Below are positions 37,186 through 47,227 of a stretch of 64,000 nucleotides of DNA, piece after piece. The first letter of the stretch is position 1, and the number at the start of each line of letters is the position of its first letter. The stretch covers positions 1 to 64,000 of the forward strand of contig CAVYCN010000004.1 in assembly GCA_963767005.1 (NCBI GenBank), given 5' to 3'. This DNA is from an uncultured Actinomycetes bacterium (GTDB taxonomy: Bacteria > Actinomycetota > Thermoleophilia > UBA2241). The translations under genes and the position numbers were made by a program. A model generated the notes under the pieces. It saw nothing but the letters and a program-made list of their open reading frames with translations. It was not told the origin of the DNA and did not search any database.

Positions 37186-38097
37186 ATGACCGACTTCAGC
37201 GACCAGCAACAGCGCCTGCGCGACCTCGCCGCCGAGCGCGGCGCGATCATCCTGGCGCACAACTACCAGCGGCCCGAGGTGCAGGACGCCGCCGACGTCG
37301 TGGGCGACTCGCTCGAGCTCGCCCGCAAGGCGGCCGCCACCGACGCCGCGGTGATCCTCTTCTGCGGCGTCCACTTCATGGCCGAGACGGCCAAGATCCT
37401 GTCACCCGACAAGACCGTGCTCATGCCCGACCCGCACGCCGGCTGCCCGATGGCCGACATGGTCACGGTCGAGGGGCTGCGCGCCCTCAAGGCCGAGCAC
37501 CCCGAGGCAGCGGTCGTCGCCTACGTCAACACGAGCGCCGAGATCAAGGCCGAGGTCGACGTCTGCTGCACGAGCGCCAACGCGCCCGAGGTCGTGGCCC
37601 GCATCCCGGCCGAGCGGCCCATCATCTTCGTCCCCGACCGTAACCTCGGCGACTGGGTGGCGCAACGTAGCGGCCGCACGAACATGATCATGTGGCAAGG
37701 GTACTGCCCGGTGCACGAGGACATGACGGCCGACGAGGTCCGCGCGGCGCTCGACGCGCACCCCGACGCCGAGCTCATGGCGCACCCGGAGTGCGCCCGC
37801 GAGGTGCGCGACCTGGCCACCGTGATCACGAGCACGTCGGGCATGCTGCGCTACCCCGCGACGAGCGCGACGCGCGCCTTTGTCGTGGCGACCGAGACAG
37901 GCCTGCTGCACCGCCTGCGCGGCGTGTACCCCGACCGCGAGTTCGTGCCGGCCGCACGCGGCGCGATCTGCCCCAACATGAAGCGCACCACGCTCGACAA
38001 GGCGATCGAGACGCTCGACGAGGGCTTGAACGAGATCGTCGTGCCGCCGCAGGTCGCCGCCCGCGCCCTGGTCGCGGTCGAGCGCATGATGGGCTGA
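37186..38097 (+). CDS. nadA: Quinolinate synthase A
   Basis: ILAHNYQ, GDSLEL, FCGVHFMAETAKIL, GCPMAD, YVNTSA, C.VH, HPEC, CPNMK. Confidence 0.97.
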   Translation: MTDFSDQQQRLRDLAAERGAIILAHNYQRPEVQDAADVVGDSLELARKAAATDAAVILFCGVHFMAETAKILSPDKTVLMPDPHAGCPMADMVTVEGLRALKAEHPEAAVVAYVNTSAEIKAEVDVCCTSANAPEVVARIPAERPIIFVPDRNLGDWVAQRSGRTNMIMWQGYCPVHEDMTADEVRAALDAHPDAELMAHPECAREVRDLATVITSTSGMLRYPATSATRAFVVATETGLLHRLRGVYPDREFVPAARGAICPNMKRTTLDKAIETLDEGLNEIVVPPQVAARALVAVERMMG

Positions 38098-38171
38098 GCC
38101 GCCGTCCGGCGGCCTCGCGCGCGCGGCGCGGCTCCGCTCCCGACCGCCGCGCGGTTCGGCCGTCGGCGGCC

Positions 38172-39245
38172 CTATTCCTCGCTCACCTGCAGCACGGCCG
38201 CACCCCGGATGCCGTCGTGCTTGAGGGCGATCAGCGCCTCGTTGGCCTGCTCCAGCGGGAACACCTGGATCTCGGTGGCGATCGGGATCGCGGCCGCCAG
38301 GCGCAGCAGGCCGGCCGCGTCGCCACGCGTCGAGTTGGTGACGCTGCGGATCACGCGCTCGCGGTAGATCAGCGGGTACTCGACCGGGGGAATCGGCGTC
38401 GAGTAGATGCCGCCCATGGCCACCGTGGCGCCCTTGTCGAGCACCCGGAGCGCGTCGATCACGAGCTCGCCGGCCGGCGCGAAGATGACGGCGGCGTCGA
38501 GCTTGAGCGCGGGATCGCCGCGCGGCGCGTCGCCGGCGCCGCCGGCCCACACGGCGCCGAGCTCGCGAGCGAGCTGGCGGTGCTTTTCCTCGCGCGTGAA
38601 GGCGTAGACCTCGGCGCCCCAGTAGCGCGCGATCTGCAGGCAGATGTGGGCGGCGGCGCCGAAGCCGTAGAGGGCGAGGCGGCGGCCGGCGGCGGCGCCG
38701 GGCGCCGCCGGTGAGGCGGCGGCCGCCGCCTCACCGGCGGCGCCCGGCACGAGCCCCGAAAGGCGCAGCGAGCGGTAGCCGATGATGCCGGCGCAGAGCA
38801 GCGGCGCCGCGGCGAGGTCGCTCAGGTCCTCGGCGAGCGGGTAGCTGAAGGCGGCCGGCGCGACCGTGTAGTCGGCGTAGCCGCCGTCGACGTCCCAGCC
38901 GGTGAAGAGGGCGGCGTCGCAGAGGTTCTCGTCGCCACGGCGGCAGTAGCGGCAGGTGCCGTCGGTCCAGTGCAGCCAGGGCACGCCCACGCGGGCGCCG
39001 ACCGCCGGCGTCGTCACGCCCTCGCCGAGCGCGGCGACGCGGCCCACGATCTGGTGTCCCGGCACGACCGGCGACTTGTGCGGCGGCAGCTCGCCCTCGG
39101 CCACGTGGAGGTCGGTGTGGCACACGGCACAGGCGTGCACACGGATCAGGATCTCCCCCGGACCGGGGTGCGGCCGCTCGAGATCGACGAGCTCGAGCGG
39201 CCGTTCGTCGATCGGCCCGGGTTGACGCAGCAGCATCGCTCTCAC
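38172..39245 (-). CDS. Zinc-dependent alcohol dehydrogenase family protein
   Basis: CHTDLH, PGHQIVG, DGTCRYC..ENLC, APLLCAGIIGYRSL, YGFGAAAH. Confidence 0.93.
   Translation of the reverse strand: MRAMLLRQPGPIDERPLELVDLERPHPGPGEILIRVHACAVCHTDLHVAEGELPPHKSPVVPGHQIVGRVAALGEGVTTPAVGARVGVPWLHWTDGTCRYCRRGDENLCDAALFTGWDVDGGYADYTVAPAAFSYPLAEDLSDLAAAPLLCAGIIGYRSLRLSGLVPGAAGEAAAAASPAAPGAAAGRRLALYGFGAAAHICLQIARYWGAEVYAFTREEKHRQLARELGAVWAGGAGDAPRGDPALKLDAAVIFAPAGELVIDALRVLDKGATVAMGGIYSTPIPPVEYPLIYRERVIRSVTNSTRGDAAGLLRLAAAIPIATEIQVFPLEQANEALIALKHDGIRGAAVLQVSEE
38697..38748. repeat. 52-bp perfect loop-less palindrome inside the ADH gene
   Basis: Checked base by base around centre 38722/38723; encodes PGAAGEAAAAASPAAPG. 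Confidence 0.9.
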
Positions 39246-39296
39246 CTGAGACCTCCCGCGTGGTGGGTGTCGTAGTCTACCCCGCCGCGTCTCTCG

Positions 39297-40106
39297 CTAG
39301 CTCAGGACGTCCTTGCGAGCGAACACCGCCCAGGCGGCGAGCAGCAGCGCCCCGATCGTCACACCGTAGTCGAGCAGCGCGTCGCGGATCGGCGACCAGT
39401 AGATGGGGGAGCGGAAGAGGTCCACGAAGACGAGGCGGTACGTGGAGTACGTGTACGGCTTCATGAAGTCGAAGGTGCTGAAGACGTTGAGCACCGTGAG
39501 CACCGTGAAGACCGCGATCGCGATGGTGGCGGCGGTCAGGCTGGAGTCGGTGAGCGTCGAGATGAAGAGCGCCACGGTCAGCGAGCAGACGGCGCCGGCT
39601 ACCACGAGCAGGTAGGCCGTGGCGATGAGGCCGAGGGCGTGGGGCACGCTCAGGGTCGTGCCCGAGAGGGTCGGGAGCGGGTGCAGGCCGAAGGCGACGG
39701 CGCCGGTCGCGAGAGCGACCACGGCGACGAGGGTCGCGCCGGCGAGGGCGTAGGCGACCGCGCTCACCCACTTGGTGAGCAGCACGCCGGTGCGGCCCAC
39801 GGGACGCGTGAGCCAGGTCTTGAGCGTCCCGCTCTCGGCCTCGCTCGCCACCGACGAGGCACCGCCCATGGCAGCGATGATCGGCAGCAGAAACGACGCC
39901 AGGGCGATCAGCGCCGAGAGCGCCACCAGCAGGCCGTTCTGGCTCACGTGGGCGACGAAGGGCGGTTCGCCCGGATCGGGCGGCTGCGGCTTCTCGAGGG
40001 CCGCCGCGGCCACGACCACGACCGGCACCAGCACGAGACCGACCCAGCCCACGTACGTGCGTCGCTGGTGCAGGATCTTGACGAGCTCGAGGCGCAGGGT
40101 GGTCAT
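39297..40106 (-). CDS. ABC-2-type permease
   Basis: EAESGTLKTWLTRPVGR..K, about 6 TM, FARKDV. Confidence 0.9.
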   Translation of the reverse strand: MTTLRLELVKILHQRRTYVGWVGLVLVPVVVVAAAALEKPQPPDPGEPPFVAHVSQNGLLVALSALIALASFLLPIIAAMGGASSVASEAESGTLKTWLTRPVGRTGVLLTKWVSAVAYALAGATLVAVVALATGAVAFGLHPLPTLSGTTLSVPHALGLIATAYLLVVAGAVCSLTVALFISTLTDSSLTAATIAIAVFTVLTVLNVFSTFDFMKPYTYSTYRLVFVDLFRSPIYWSPIRDALLDYGVTIGALLLAAWAVFARKDVLS

Positions 40107-40122
40107 GTCGCCCGCGGGACCG

Positions 40123-40932
40123 CTAGGTCAGGATGTCCTTGCGCCGGAACACGAGCCACGAGACGACGAGCAGACCGGCGACCGTGGCGGCGTCGACCAG
40201 CAGGGCGTCGCGGATCGGACGCCAGACGATCGGATCGCGGATCAGGTTCACGAAGGCCATGTCGTAGCTCGTGAACGTGTAGGGCTTCATGAAGTCGAAG
40301 TACGTGAAGCCGTTCAGGATGGTGAGCACGATGAAGACGACCATCGCGGTGATGGCCGCCGTCAGGCTCGAGTTGGTGAGGGTCGAGACGAACAGCGCGA
40401 GCGACACCATGCAGAGCAGGGCGGCGAGGATGACGAGGTTGACGAGGACGATGCGGCCGACGCCGGCCGGGATGCTGAGCGTCGTGCCCGAGATCGTCAC
40501 CATCGGGTGGATGCCGAACACGAGGCCGCCGGCCACCAGGCCGCCGAGGCCGACGAGCAGCATGCCGACGACGACGTAGAGGGTCGCGACGCCCCACTTC
40601 GAGAACAGCACGGCGCCACGCCCGACCGGCCGCGAGAGCCAGGTCTTCATGGTGCCCATCTCGGCCTCGCCGGCCAGCGGAAAGGCGCCGGCCATCGAGG
40701 CGACGAGCGGGAACAGGAACAGCGACAGCGCCCCGATCGCGACGAGCGGCGCGAACAGACCGTTGCCGACGATCCGCGAGAAGAAGGCCGGCCCCTCGCC
40801 GGGCGCCGGCTTGGAGCCCGACAGATCGAGCGCCAGCACCATGAGCAGGGGGACGGCAAGGAGCCCGGCCCAGCCCACGTAGGTGCGCCTCTGGAAGAGG
40901 ATCTTGACGAACTCGCGGCCGAGCGTGCCCAC
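40123..40932 (-). CDS. ABC-2-type permease (paralogue of 39297-40106)
   Basis: EAEMGTMKTWLSRPVGR..K, FRRKDI; same length, shared FDFMKPYT. Confidence 0.9.
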   Translation of the reverse strand: MGTLGREFVKILFQRRTYVGWAGLLAVPLLMVLALDLSGSKPAPGEGPAFFSRIVGNGLFAPLVAIGALSLFLFPLVASMAGAFPLAGEAEMGTMKTWLSRPVGRGAVLFSKWGVATLYVVVGMLLVGLGGLVAGGLVFGIHPMVTISGTTLSIPAGVGRIVLVNLVILAALLCMVSLALFVSTLTNSSLTAAITAMVVFIVLTILNGFTYFDFMKPYTFTSYDMAFVNLIRDPIVWRPIRDALLVDAATVAGLLVVSWLVFRRKDILT

Positions 40933-40934
40933 GG

Positions 40935-41996
40935 CTAGGGACCCGCCTCGCCGGCGGGCGCCCCGGCGGTCGTGGCCGCGCTCGCCGCGCGCGCCCCGGG
41001 CGTGCGGTCGACGTCGGCGCTCTGCGTGAGCTCGAGGAAGAAGTCCTCGAGGCCCTGCTCGATCGCCGGCACGACGGCCCGCACGGCGACGTCGTCGGCC
41101 ACCAGGCGCCGCACGAGCTCGGGCACGCCGTCCGGGCCGGAGCGCACGACCAGGCTGCCCTCGTCCCAGCTCACGGCCTCGGCGCCGAACAGCGCGCGGG
41201 CCGTCTCCGCGGACTTCTGCGGGTCGTCGGTGGTCACCTTGACGGCCTCGGTGCGCGGTCGCAGGGCCGAGACAGGGCCCTCGATCACCGTGCGCCCGCG
41301 GTTGATGATGACGGCGCGGTTGCAGACCTGCTCGACCTCGTGGAGCAGGTGCGACGACAGAAAGACGGTGGTGCCGCCGGCGCCGAGCTCGCGCACGAGC
41401 TCGCGCACGTCCTTCATGCCCTGTGGGTCGAGGCCGCTCGTCGGCTCGTCGAGGATGATCACCTCGGGCCGACCGAGCAGGGCGAGCGCGATCCCGAGGC
41501 GCTGCTTCATGCCGTGCGAGTAGCCGGCCACCTTGCCGTCGGCGCGGCCGAGCAGGCCGACGACGTCGAGGACCTCGGCGATGCGCTCCTCGGTCGGGTG
41601 GCCGCCGGCCGAGCCCAGCAGGCGCAGGTTGCGGCGCGCGCTCATGGTCGGGTAGAAGGCCGGCACCTCGACGAAGCCGCCCAGGTGGCGCAGCGCGGCG
41701 ACGCGGTCGCCGGGCACGCGGTGGTCGAGCACGTCGACGTGCCCGGTCGTCGGGAAGATGAGCCCGAACATCATGCGGATCGTCGTCGTCTTGCCGGCCC
41801 CGTTCGGCCCGAGGAAGCCGAACACGTCACCGCGGCACACGGCCAGGTCGAGATGGTCGACCGCGAGCAGCTTGCCGAAGCGCTTGGTCAGGCCGTGGGT
41901 GGCAAGGACGACGGGGCGGCCGTCACAGGCGGAGGCCGCCGGACCGGTCGGTCCGGCGGCCCCCGCCTCGGCCTGCGCCGCGTGTTCGTCGGTCAT
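40935..41996 (-). CDS. ABC transporter ATP-binding protein
   Basis: GPNGAGKTT, YSHGMKQR, ILDEPT, SSH. Confidence 0.95.
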   Translation of the reverse strand: MTDEHAAQAEAGAAGPTGPAASACDGRPVVLATHGLTKRFGKLLAVDHLDLAVCRGDVFGFLGPNGAGKTTTIRMMFGLIFPTTGHVDVLDHRVPGDRVAALRHLGGFVEVPAFYPTMSARRNLRLLGSAGGHPTEERIAEVLDVVGLLGRADGKVAGYSHGMKQRLGIALALLGRPEVIILDEPTSGLDPQGMKDVRELVRELGAGGTTVFLSSHLLHEVEQVCNRAVIINRGRTVIEGPVSALRPRTEAVKVTTDDPQKSAETARALFGAEAVSWDEGSLVVRSGPDGVPELVRRLVADDVAVRAVVPAIEQGLEDFFLELTQSADVDRTPGARAASAATTAGAPAGEAGP

Positions 41997-42005
41997 GCGC
42001 GCGTC

Positions 42006-43307
42006 TTAGTGCAGAGTGCCGGCGATCTGCGCCACGACGCTCATCGGCACCAGGCCGACCACCACGACGCGCACGTCGCCGCGCCGGAAGGTGTCGACCG
42101 CGCCGAGCGGCGTCTGCAGGCGCGTGCCCTGCGTGGCGTTCGCCTTGCCGCCGCCGAGGATCGACAGGGCACCGAGCTGCTGCTGGAGCTGGGCGTCCTG
42201 CGCGGCCGTGGTCTTCGCCTCGATCACCAGCACGGTGCCGAGGCCCTTGCCGTAGACGAGCAGGGCGGCGCGGTGTCCGGCGAGCCGGGAGACGGCCGCG
42301 CGCTGTGCGGCCGTCAGGCCGCTCGCCGCCTTGACCGCGGCCGGCGTGACGAAGGCGCCGCGGAACGACACCCCGGCCGGCGTCGACGACGGCGTCAGCA
42401 GGTACGGCGCCTGCGCCCTGGCCTGCGCCAGCGTGAGCGGCCTGGCCGCGTGCTGCGTGCCGGTGCGCCCTGGCGCGACGCCGGCCGCGCCGGCGCCAAG
42501 CGACGGCACGCTCAGGGTCTTGTGCACGGCCTTGGAGCCGGCCGGCGGCGTGAAGGTGAAGAGGCTGTTCGACAAGCGGCCGAACGAGACGCTGGTGAAG
42601 CCGGCTGAGAGGACGGCCGTGGCATCGCCCTTGGCGAACACCTGCACGCGCAGCGGCAGCCAGCGGCGGCCATCGATCGCCACGGTCACCGAGCCGACGC
42701 TCGTGAGCGGCGACGTCGGCGTAAGCTTCAGCAGGTACGCCTGGCGGCCGGCCACCGTGGTCTGCCCGGCCACCGACAGCTTCGCCGTCGGCGCGAGGCG
42801 CGAGATCAGCGTCTCGATCGCCGTCGTCGGGTCCAGGCTCGCGGCCGGCGACGGCGCCGTGGTGCCGGCGCCCGACTTGACGCCCTTGGCGGCCGGCAGC
42901 GTGTACCGCGTGGCCGTCGAGGTCATCGAGTCCCAGGTCCAGACGGCGCGCCCGTTCACGACCGCCACGAAGTCGCCGTTCTGGCCCTGCTGCTCGAGGC
43001 GCAGCTTGCCGTCCTGCACCCAGACCCGGCCCGATCCGCCGGCGAGCAGCGACGACAGCCCCGTCGGCGTGGCGTTGCCGAGCGACAGCAGCGACGACGC
43101 GCTGCCGAGCAGGTCGTTGCTCCAGGTCACGTCGCCGCTCACGGCGGTCGTGCCGTGCGCCTTCGTAGCGACGTTGCCCAGAAGCTGCGCGACGCCGATC
43201 GGCCGCAGGGTCGACGGACCCTTGGCGGCGGCCGTCACGACGCCGACGATGAGGACCGCGACGAGCACCGCCGCGGCGGCGAGGATGGTGAGGGTCTTGC
43301 GACGCAT
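42006..43307 (-). CDS. LolA-like/DUF2092-type exported protein
   Basis: SD AAGGGAG; signal peptide; RVW...R, VAGR.AY.L.L.P, AID...LPLRVQV, F.FTPPAG. Confidence 0.75.
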   Translation of the reverse strand: MRRKTLTILAAAAVLVAVLIVGVVTAAAKGPSTLRPIGVAQLLGNVATKAHGTTAVSGDVTWSNDLLGSASSLLSLGNATPTGLSSLLAGGSGRVWVQDGKLRLEQQGQNGDFVAVVNGRAVWTWDSMTSTATRYTLPAAKGVKSGAGTTAPSPAASLDPTTAIETLISRLAPTAKLSVAGQTTVAGRQAYLLKLTPTSPLTSVGSVTVAIDGRRWLPLRVQVFAKGDATAVLSAGFTSVSFGRLSNSLFTFTPPAGSKAVHKTLSVPSLGAGAAGVAPGRTGTQHAARPLTLAQARAQAPYLLTPSSTPAGVSFRGAFVTPAAVKAASGLTAAQRAAVSRLAGHRAALLVYGKGLGTVLVIEAKTTAAQDAQLQQQLGALSILGGGKANATQGTRLQTPLGAVDTFRRGDVRVVVVGLVPMSVVAQIAGTLH

Positions 43308-43489
43308 GGTCCGCTCCCTTCGCTCCCACGGCCCGCGCGCGGCCGCGTCTGCTTCTCGAGCGCTACCCGTCATTGTTCCATATCCGCCACGGAACCGAAC
43401 GTGGCCGGCCCGCCGACCGGTGCCGCCGGGACGGGTGGCCGAGCACGGCCGCCGGACGCGGTCGTCCCCGGGCCGGCCTTCCGCCGGCG

Positions 43490-44761
43490 TTACGGCAACG
43501 TCATGACATACGACTTCCAGCCTGCGTAGAAGCCGGCCCACGACACGCCGAGGTCGCGGCGCACGACGCCCTGGACCGCCGCCGGCCGCAGCGAGGTGTT
43601 CGCCACATCGACGCTGAAGCGCCGCATGGTGGCGAGGCCCCAGCGGGCGATGAGGTATTTCACAAGGGCGCCGCCCTCCAGATAGGCGAGATCCACCCTG
43701 GCCATACGGTTGCTCGACCAGAGGTCGCTCGATGCGAACAGCGAGAGCAGCGGCAGGGTGTGGTCGCCGCGCGCCACCTCGACCTGCAGCGGCCCGTAGG
43801 TGCGCGAGCCCTCGACGTCGGTGGCCATGCCCTCGAGCAGGAGCGGCGGCTGGTGAGCCGTGTGGTAGAACCAGCGCCAGGTCAGCGTGTGGGTCACCTC
43901 GTGGGCGAGCATGTGCCGGGTCCACGGGTCGTTGGGCGTGAGCGCCGAGGCCAGCACGCCGACGTCGGTCGGCCACCACAGCTTCGCCGGCGCCGTGGTA
44001 GGCAAGCGGGCGAAGAAACGCTCGCGGACGCTCGCCCGCGTCTGGCCCAGATACGCCGCGACCTCGGCCGCCGTCGAGTACAGAAAGACGACGATCGGGC
44101 GGCTGCCGGTCACCCCGAGGACGGACCGCAGGTCGGCCCGCGCGAGCGGCATGTCGGCGGCGAGCTCGTCGGCCAGGGGTCGCCAGCTCCCGTCGCAGAT
44201 CACGACGGCGCCGTCGCGCGCGACCAGCCGCGGCATGCGAAAGGCCATGAGGTACTGATGTGCCGTGCGCGTCGGGGTGCGATCGCCGGTGACCACGAGC
44301 TGCCCGCCCTCCCAGGCGACGACGAGCAGGCGTTCCGCCACGACCCGGCCGGATGGCCCGGCTCCGCCGGGCCGTCCCTCGAACTTGACGTCGTAGGCGA
44401 CCGGCACCTGCCGGCTCGTCGTGACGACGGCACGCAAACGCGTCCAGGGGATCGGCGTGAGGTGCCGGTAGAGCTCGTCCAGGGCACGGCGAGCGGCGGA
44501 CCCGCGCGGGGCCAGGATGCCGCGCCAGGCCGCCTCGTCGTGCGCCGTCACCGCCGGCAGGGCGGCGTCGATCCAGCGCTGGACGGTCGTCGCCGGCACG
44601 GCGGCGGACGCCCCGCCGCCGACTGAGACGATCGCCACGCGCCGGGCCGGGGCGCGGAACGCCTGCACGAAGGCGACGCCGGCGACCGCGAGCAGGGCCG
44701 CGACGGCGAGCAGCAACAGCGGCCTCACCCGTGAGCCGCCCGGCTGAAGGTGGTCGTCCAT
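43490..44761 (-). CDS. Membrane-anchored or secreted zinc metallopeptidase (gluzincin, MA clan-like)
   Basis: N-terminal TM; AHEVTH plus LEGMA; TG-n-TACGCT 7 nt before ATG 44761. Confidence 0.75.
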   Translation of the reverse strand: MDDHLQPGGSRVRPLLLLAVAALLAVAGVAFVQAFRAPARRVAIVSVGGGASAAVPATTVQRWIDAALPAVTAHDEAAWRGILAPRGSAARRALDELYRHLTPIPWTRLRAVVTTSRQVPVAYDVKFEGRPGGAGPSGRVVAERLLVVAWEGGQLVVTGDRTPTRTAHQYLMAFRMPRLVARDGAVVICDGSWRPLADELAADMPLARADLRSVLGVTGSRPIVVFLYSTAAEVAAYLGQTRASVRERFFARLPTTAPAKLWWPTDVGVLASALTPNDPWTRHMLAHEVTHTLTWRWFYHTAHQPPLLLEGMATDVEGSRTYGPLQVEVARGDHTLPLLSLFASSDLWSSNRMARVDLAYLEGGALVKYLIARWGLATMRRFSVDVANTSLRPAAVQGVVRRDLGVSWAGFYAGWKSYVMTLP

Positions 44762-44943
44762 GGTCCGCAGCGTAGCATCGCGCAGCCCGCGGAGCACTGC
44801 GGCGGCCGTCGACACCGTAGCCCGGCCGGCGACGAGCAGGCCGGCGCGCGACGTCCGGCGGGAACCGCAGGGCAAGGCGTGACCGCCGTTCGGCCGCCGG
44901 GGCACGCCCCCGCGCCGCAGGTGAGGAAGCGGCGGCGCAGAAT

Positions 44944-46269
44944 GTGAGTGGTCAACGGAAGCGGCGGCCGGAGGGGCGGCGCAGGGGGGCGATGGGACCG
45001 AGCGACGACAGGCGGCGCGGCCGGGACCGGCGAGGCCGAGCGCAGCACACCGGCCGGAGCACACCCGGCCGCGCCATCGCCGCGGCGCGCGATGAGGGGC
45101 CGACGCGGTACCGCGCGCACCGTCTGCGCGCCTCACGATCGCGCGTGCTGCTCGCCGTCGCCGTCATCGCGGCCACGATCGTCGCCGCCCTGGCCCTCGC
45201 GGCGGCGCTGACGCCGCGCGGCGGCGGGGGCGGCACCGCCGCCGCGCGCACCACGCCGGGCGCCGGCGAGACCGCCGCGGGCCCGACGAGCCCGGCGACG
45301 GCCGCGACGCCGCCGGTCACGGTCGTCTCTGGCGGCGACACGATGGCCGACCGCCAAGTCAAGGCGTTCATCCGCCGGCACGGCGCGGACGCCGTGCTGA
45401 CCGGCATCGCACCGCTGCTGCGGTCGGCCGACGTCGCCTGGGTCAACCTCGAGTCGCCGCTCACCACGATCAGCGACCCCTGGCCCGGCAAGGACGTGCG
45501 CTTCCAGGGCGACCCGCGCCTCGCGGCCGCCCTGGCCGCCGCCGGCGTCGACCTCGTCAACATGGCCAACAACCACGCCCTCGACCAGGGCCACGCCGGG
45601 CTGCTCGACTCGATCCGCCGGCTCGAGCGGGCCGGCGTCGGGGTGGTCGGCGCCGGCCGCGACGCCGCCGCGGCCCGCCGGCCCGTGATCGTGCGCACGA
45701 GCGGCGGCGCCACGGTCGGCTTCCTCGGCTGGACCGACATCATCTGGCCCGGCTTCGCGGCGGGCACGTCGCCGGGCGTCGCCACCGCGAGCCCGGACAT
45801 GGCCTTCGTGGAGCAGGCCATCCGCAGCCTCAAGCGGCGCGTCGACTACGTCGTCGTGTGCTTCCACTGGGGCATCGAGTACACGGACGTGCCGATCGCG
45901 TCGCAGGTCGCCGAGGCGCACGCGGCGATCGACGCCGGCGCCGACCTCGTGATCGGTCACCATCCGCACGTGCTCCAGGGCGTGCAGCTCTACCACGGCC
46001 GTCTGATCGCCTACAGCCTCGGCGACCTCGTGTTCGACCACTACAGCGTGGCGACCGGGCAGACCGTGCTCGTCGACGCCGAGCTGCGACCCCACGGCGT
46101 GCGGGTCACGCTCATCCCGGTCTACGCCTCGGCGAACGGCATCCCCGCGGTTGTCACAGGTGCCGCCGCACGTGGCATACTCGTCCACATGCGACGGCTT
46201 TCGGCAGCCCTGGGCACCCGCGTCACGATCACAGGCGATCGCGGCTACGTGAGGTCGGCCGGCGCGTGA
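44944..46269 (+). CDS. CapA-family (PGA_cap) metallophosphoesterase-fold protein
   Basis: GD, NLE, ANNHALD, HWG.EY, GHHPHV, YSLGD; N-terminal TM; start uncertain. Confidence 0.9.
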   Translation: MSGQRKRRPEGRRRGAMGPSDDRRRGRDRRGRAQHTGRSTPGRAIAAARDEGPTRYRAHRLRASRSRVLLAVAVIAATIVAALALAAALTPRGGGGGTAAARTTPGAGETAAGPTSPATAATPPVTVVSGGDTMADRQVKAFIRRHGADAVLTGIAPLLRSADVAWVNLESPLTTISDPWPGKDVRFQGDPRLAAALAAAGVDLVNMANNHALDQGHAGLLDSIRRLERAGVGVVGAGRDAAAARRPVIVRTSGGATVGFLGWTDIIWPGFAAGTSPGVATASPDMAFVEQAIRSLKRRVDYVVVCFHWGIEYTDVPIASQVAEAHAAIDAGADLVIGHHPHVLQGVQLYHGRLIAYSLGDLVFDHYSVATGQTVLVDAELRPHGVRVTLIPVYASANGIPAVVTGAAARGILVHMRRLSAALGTRVTITGDRGYVRSAGA

Positions 46270-47162
46270 TCCCCGTCCTCTTCCACGTCGGACCGTTCAC
46301 GATCTACAGCTTCGGCGTCATGGCCGCCGCGGCGCTCGTGTCGGCCTGCTACGTCGCCTACCGCGTGCTGCGCACCCGCGGCGTGTCGTTCGAGTTCGCC
46401 TACGAGCTGCTGTTCGTGGCCGGCATCGGCGGCTTCGCCGGCGCGCGCATCTACTACCTGATCCAGCACTGGCACACCGTCCGCGGCGACCTGTTCCACA
46501 ACACGTTCAGCGGCTCCGGCTTCACCTGGTACGGCGGCCTGATCGGCGGCTTCGTCTGCGTCGTTCTGTGGAGCCGCTTCCGGCACGTGCCGGTCGGCCT
46601 CATGGCCAACGCCGCCGGGCCCGCGGTCGCCATGGGCTACGCCGTCGGGCGCATCGGCTGCCTGCTGTCGGGCGACGGCGACTACGGCAGCCCCACCAAG
46701 TCGTTCATCGGCATCGCCTTCCCGCACGGCACCGTGCCCACCCCGCCCGGCGTGAAGGTCTGGCCGACGCCGCCCATGGAGACGGTGAGCATGCTCATCG
46801 TCTGCTGGATGCTCTACCGCATGGCGCGCCGGGCGCAGCCCGGCTGGTACGTCTGGGGCTGGTTCATGGTGCTCGCCGGAGCCGAGCGGTTCCTGATCGA
46901 GTTCATCCGTCGCAACCCCGTGGTCTTGCTCGGTCTGCGCACCACGCAGTGGGAGTCGATCGCCAGCGTGCTGATCGGCGTCGCCATCATCCTCGCCGTG
47001 CGCCACCGCGCGCCCGTCGAGGCGACGATGCGCGCGACGCCCGCGCCCGTGGTGGCGCGCGGCGGGGGAGGCTCGGCGGCCGGCCCCGGCGGTACGCGGG
47101 CGGCCGCCGGCAAGCCGGCCCGCAAGCGCCGGCCGGCGCGGACCGGCCGCGCTCGCCCCTAG
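46266..47162 (+). CDS. lgt: Prolipoprotein diacylglyceryl transferase
   Basis: GARIYY, WYGGLIGG, GRIGC.L.GD.DYG, RFLIEFIR; GTGA overlap. Confidence 0.9.
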   Translation: MIPVLFHVGPFTIYSFGVMAAAALVSACYVAYRVLRTRGVSFEFAYELLFVAGIGGFAGARIYYLIQHWHTVRGDLFHNTFSGSGFTWYGGLIGGFVCVVLWSRFRHVPVGLMANAAGPAVAMGYAVGRIGCLLSGDGDYGSPTKSFIGIAFPHGTVPTPPGVKVWPTPPMETVSMLIVCWMLYRMARRAQPGWYVWGWFMVLAGAERFLIEFIRRNPVVLLGLRTTQWESIASVLIGVAIILAVRHRAPVEATMRATPAPVVARGGGGSAAGPGGTRAAAGKPARKRRPARTGRARP

Positions 47163-47227
47163 ACCCTCGGGCGACGACCTCACCTCAGGCCGACCCGGCG
47201 TCATTTCGCGCGCCCGGCGTGCGCCCG

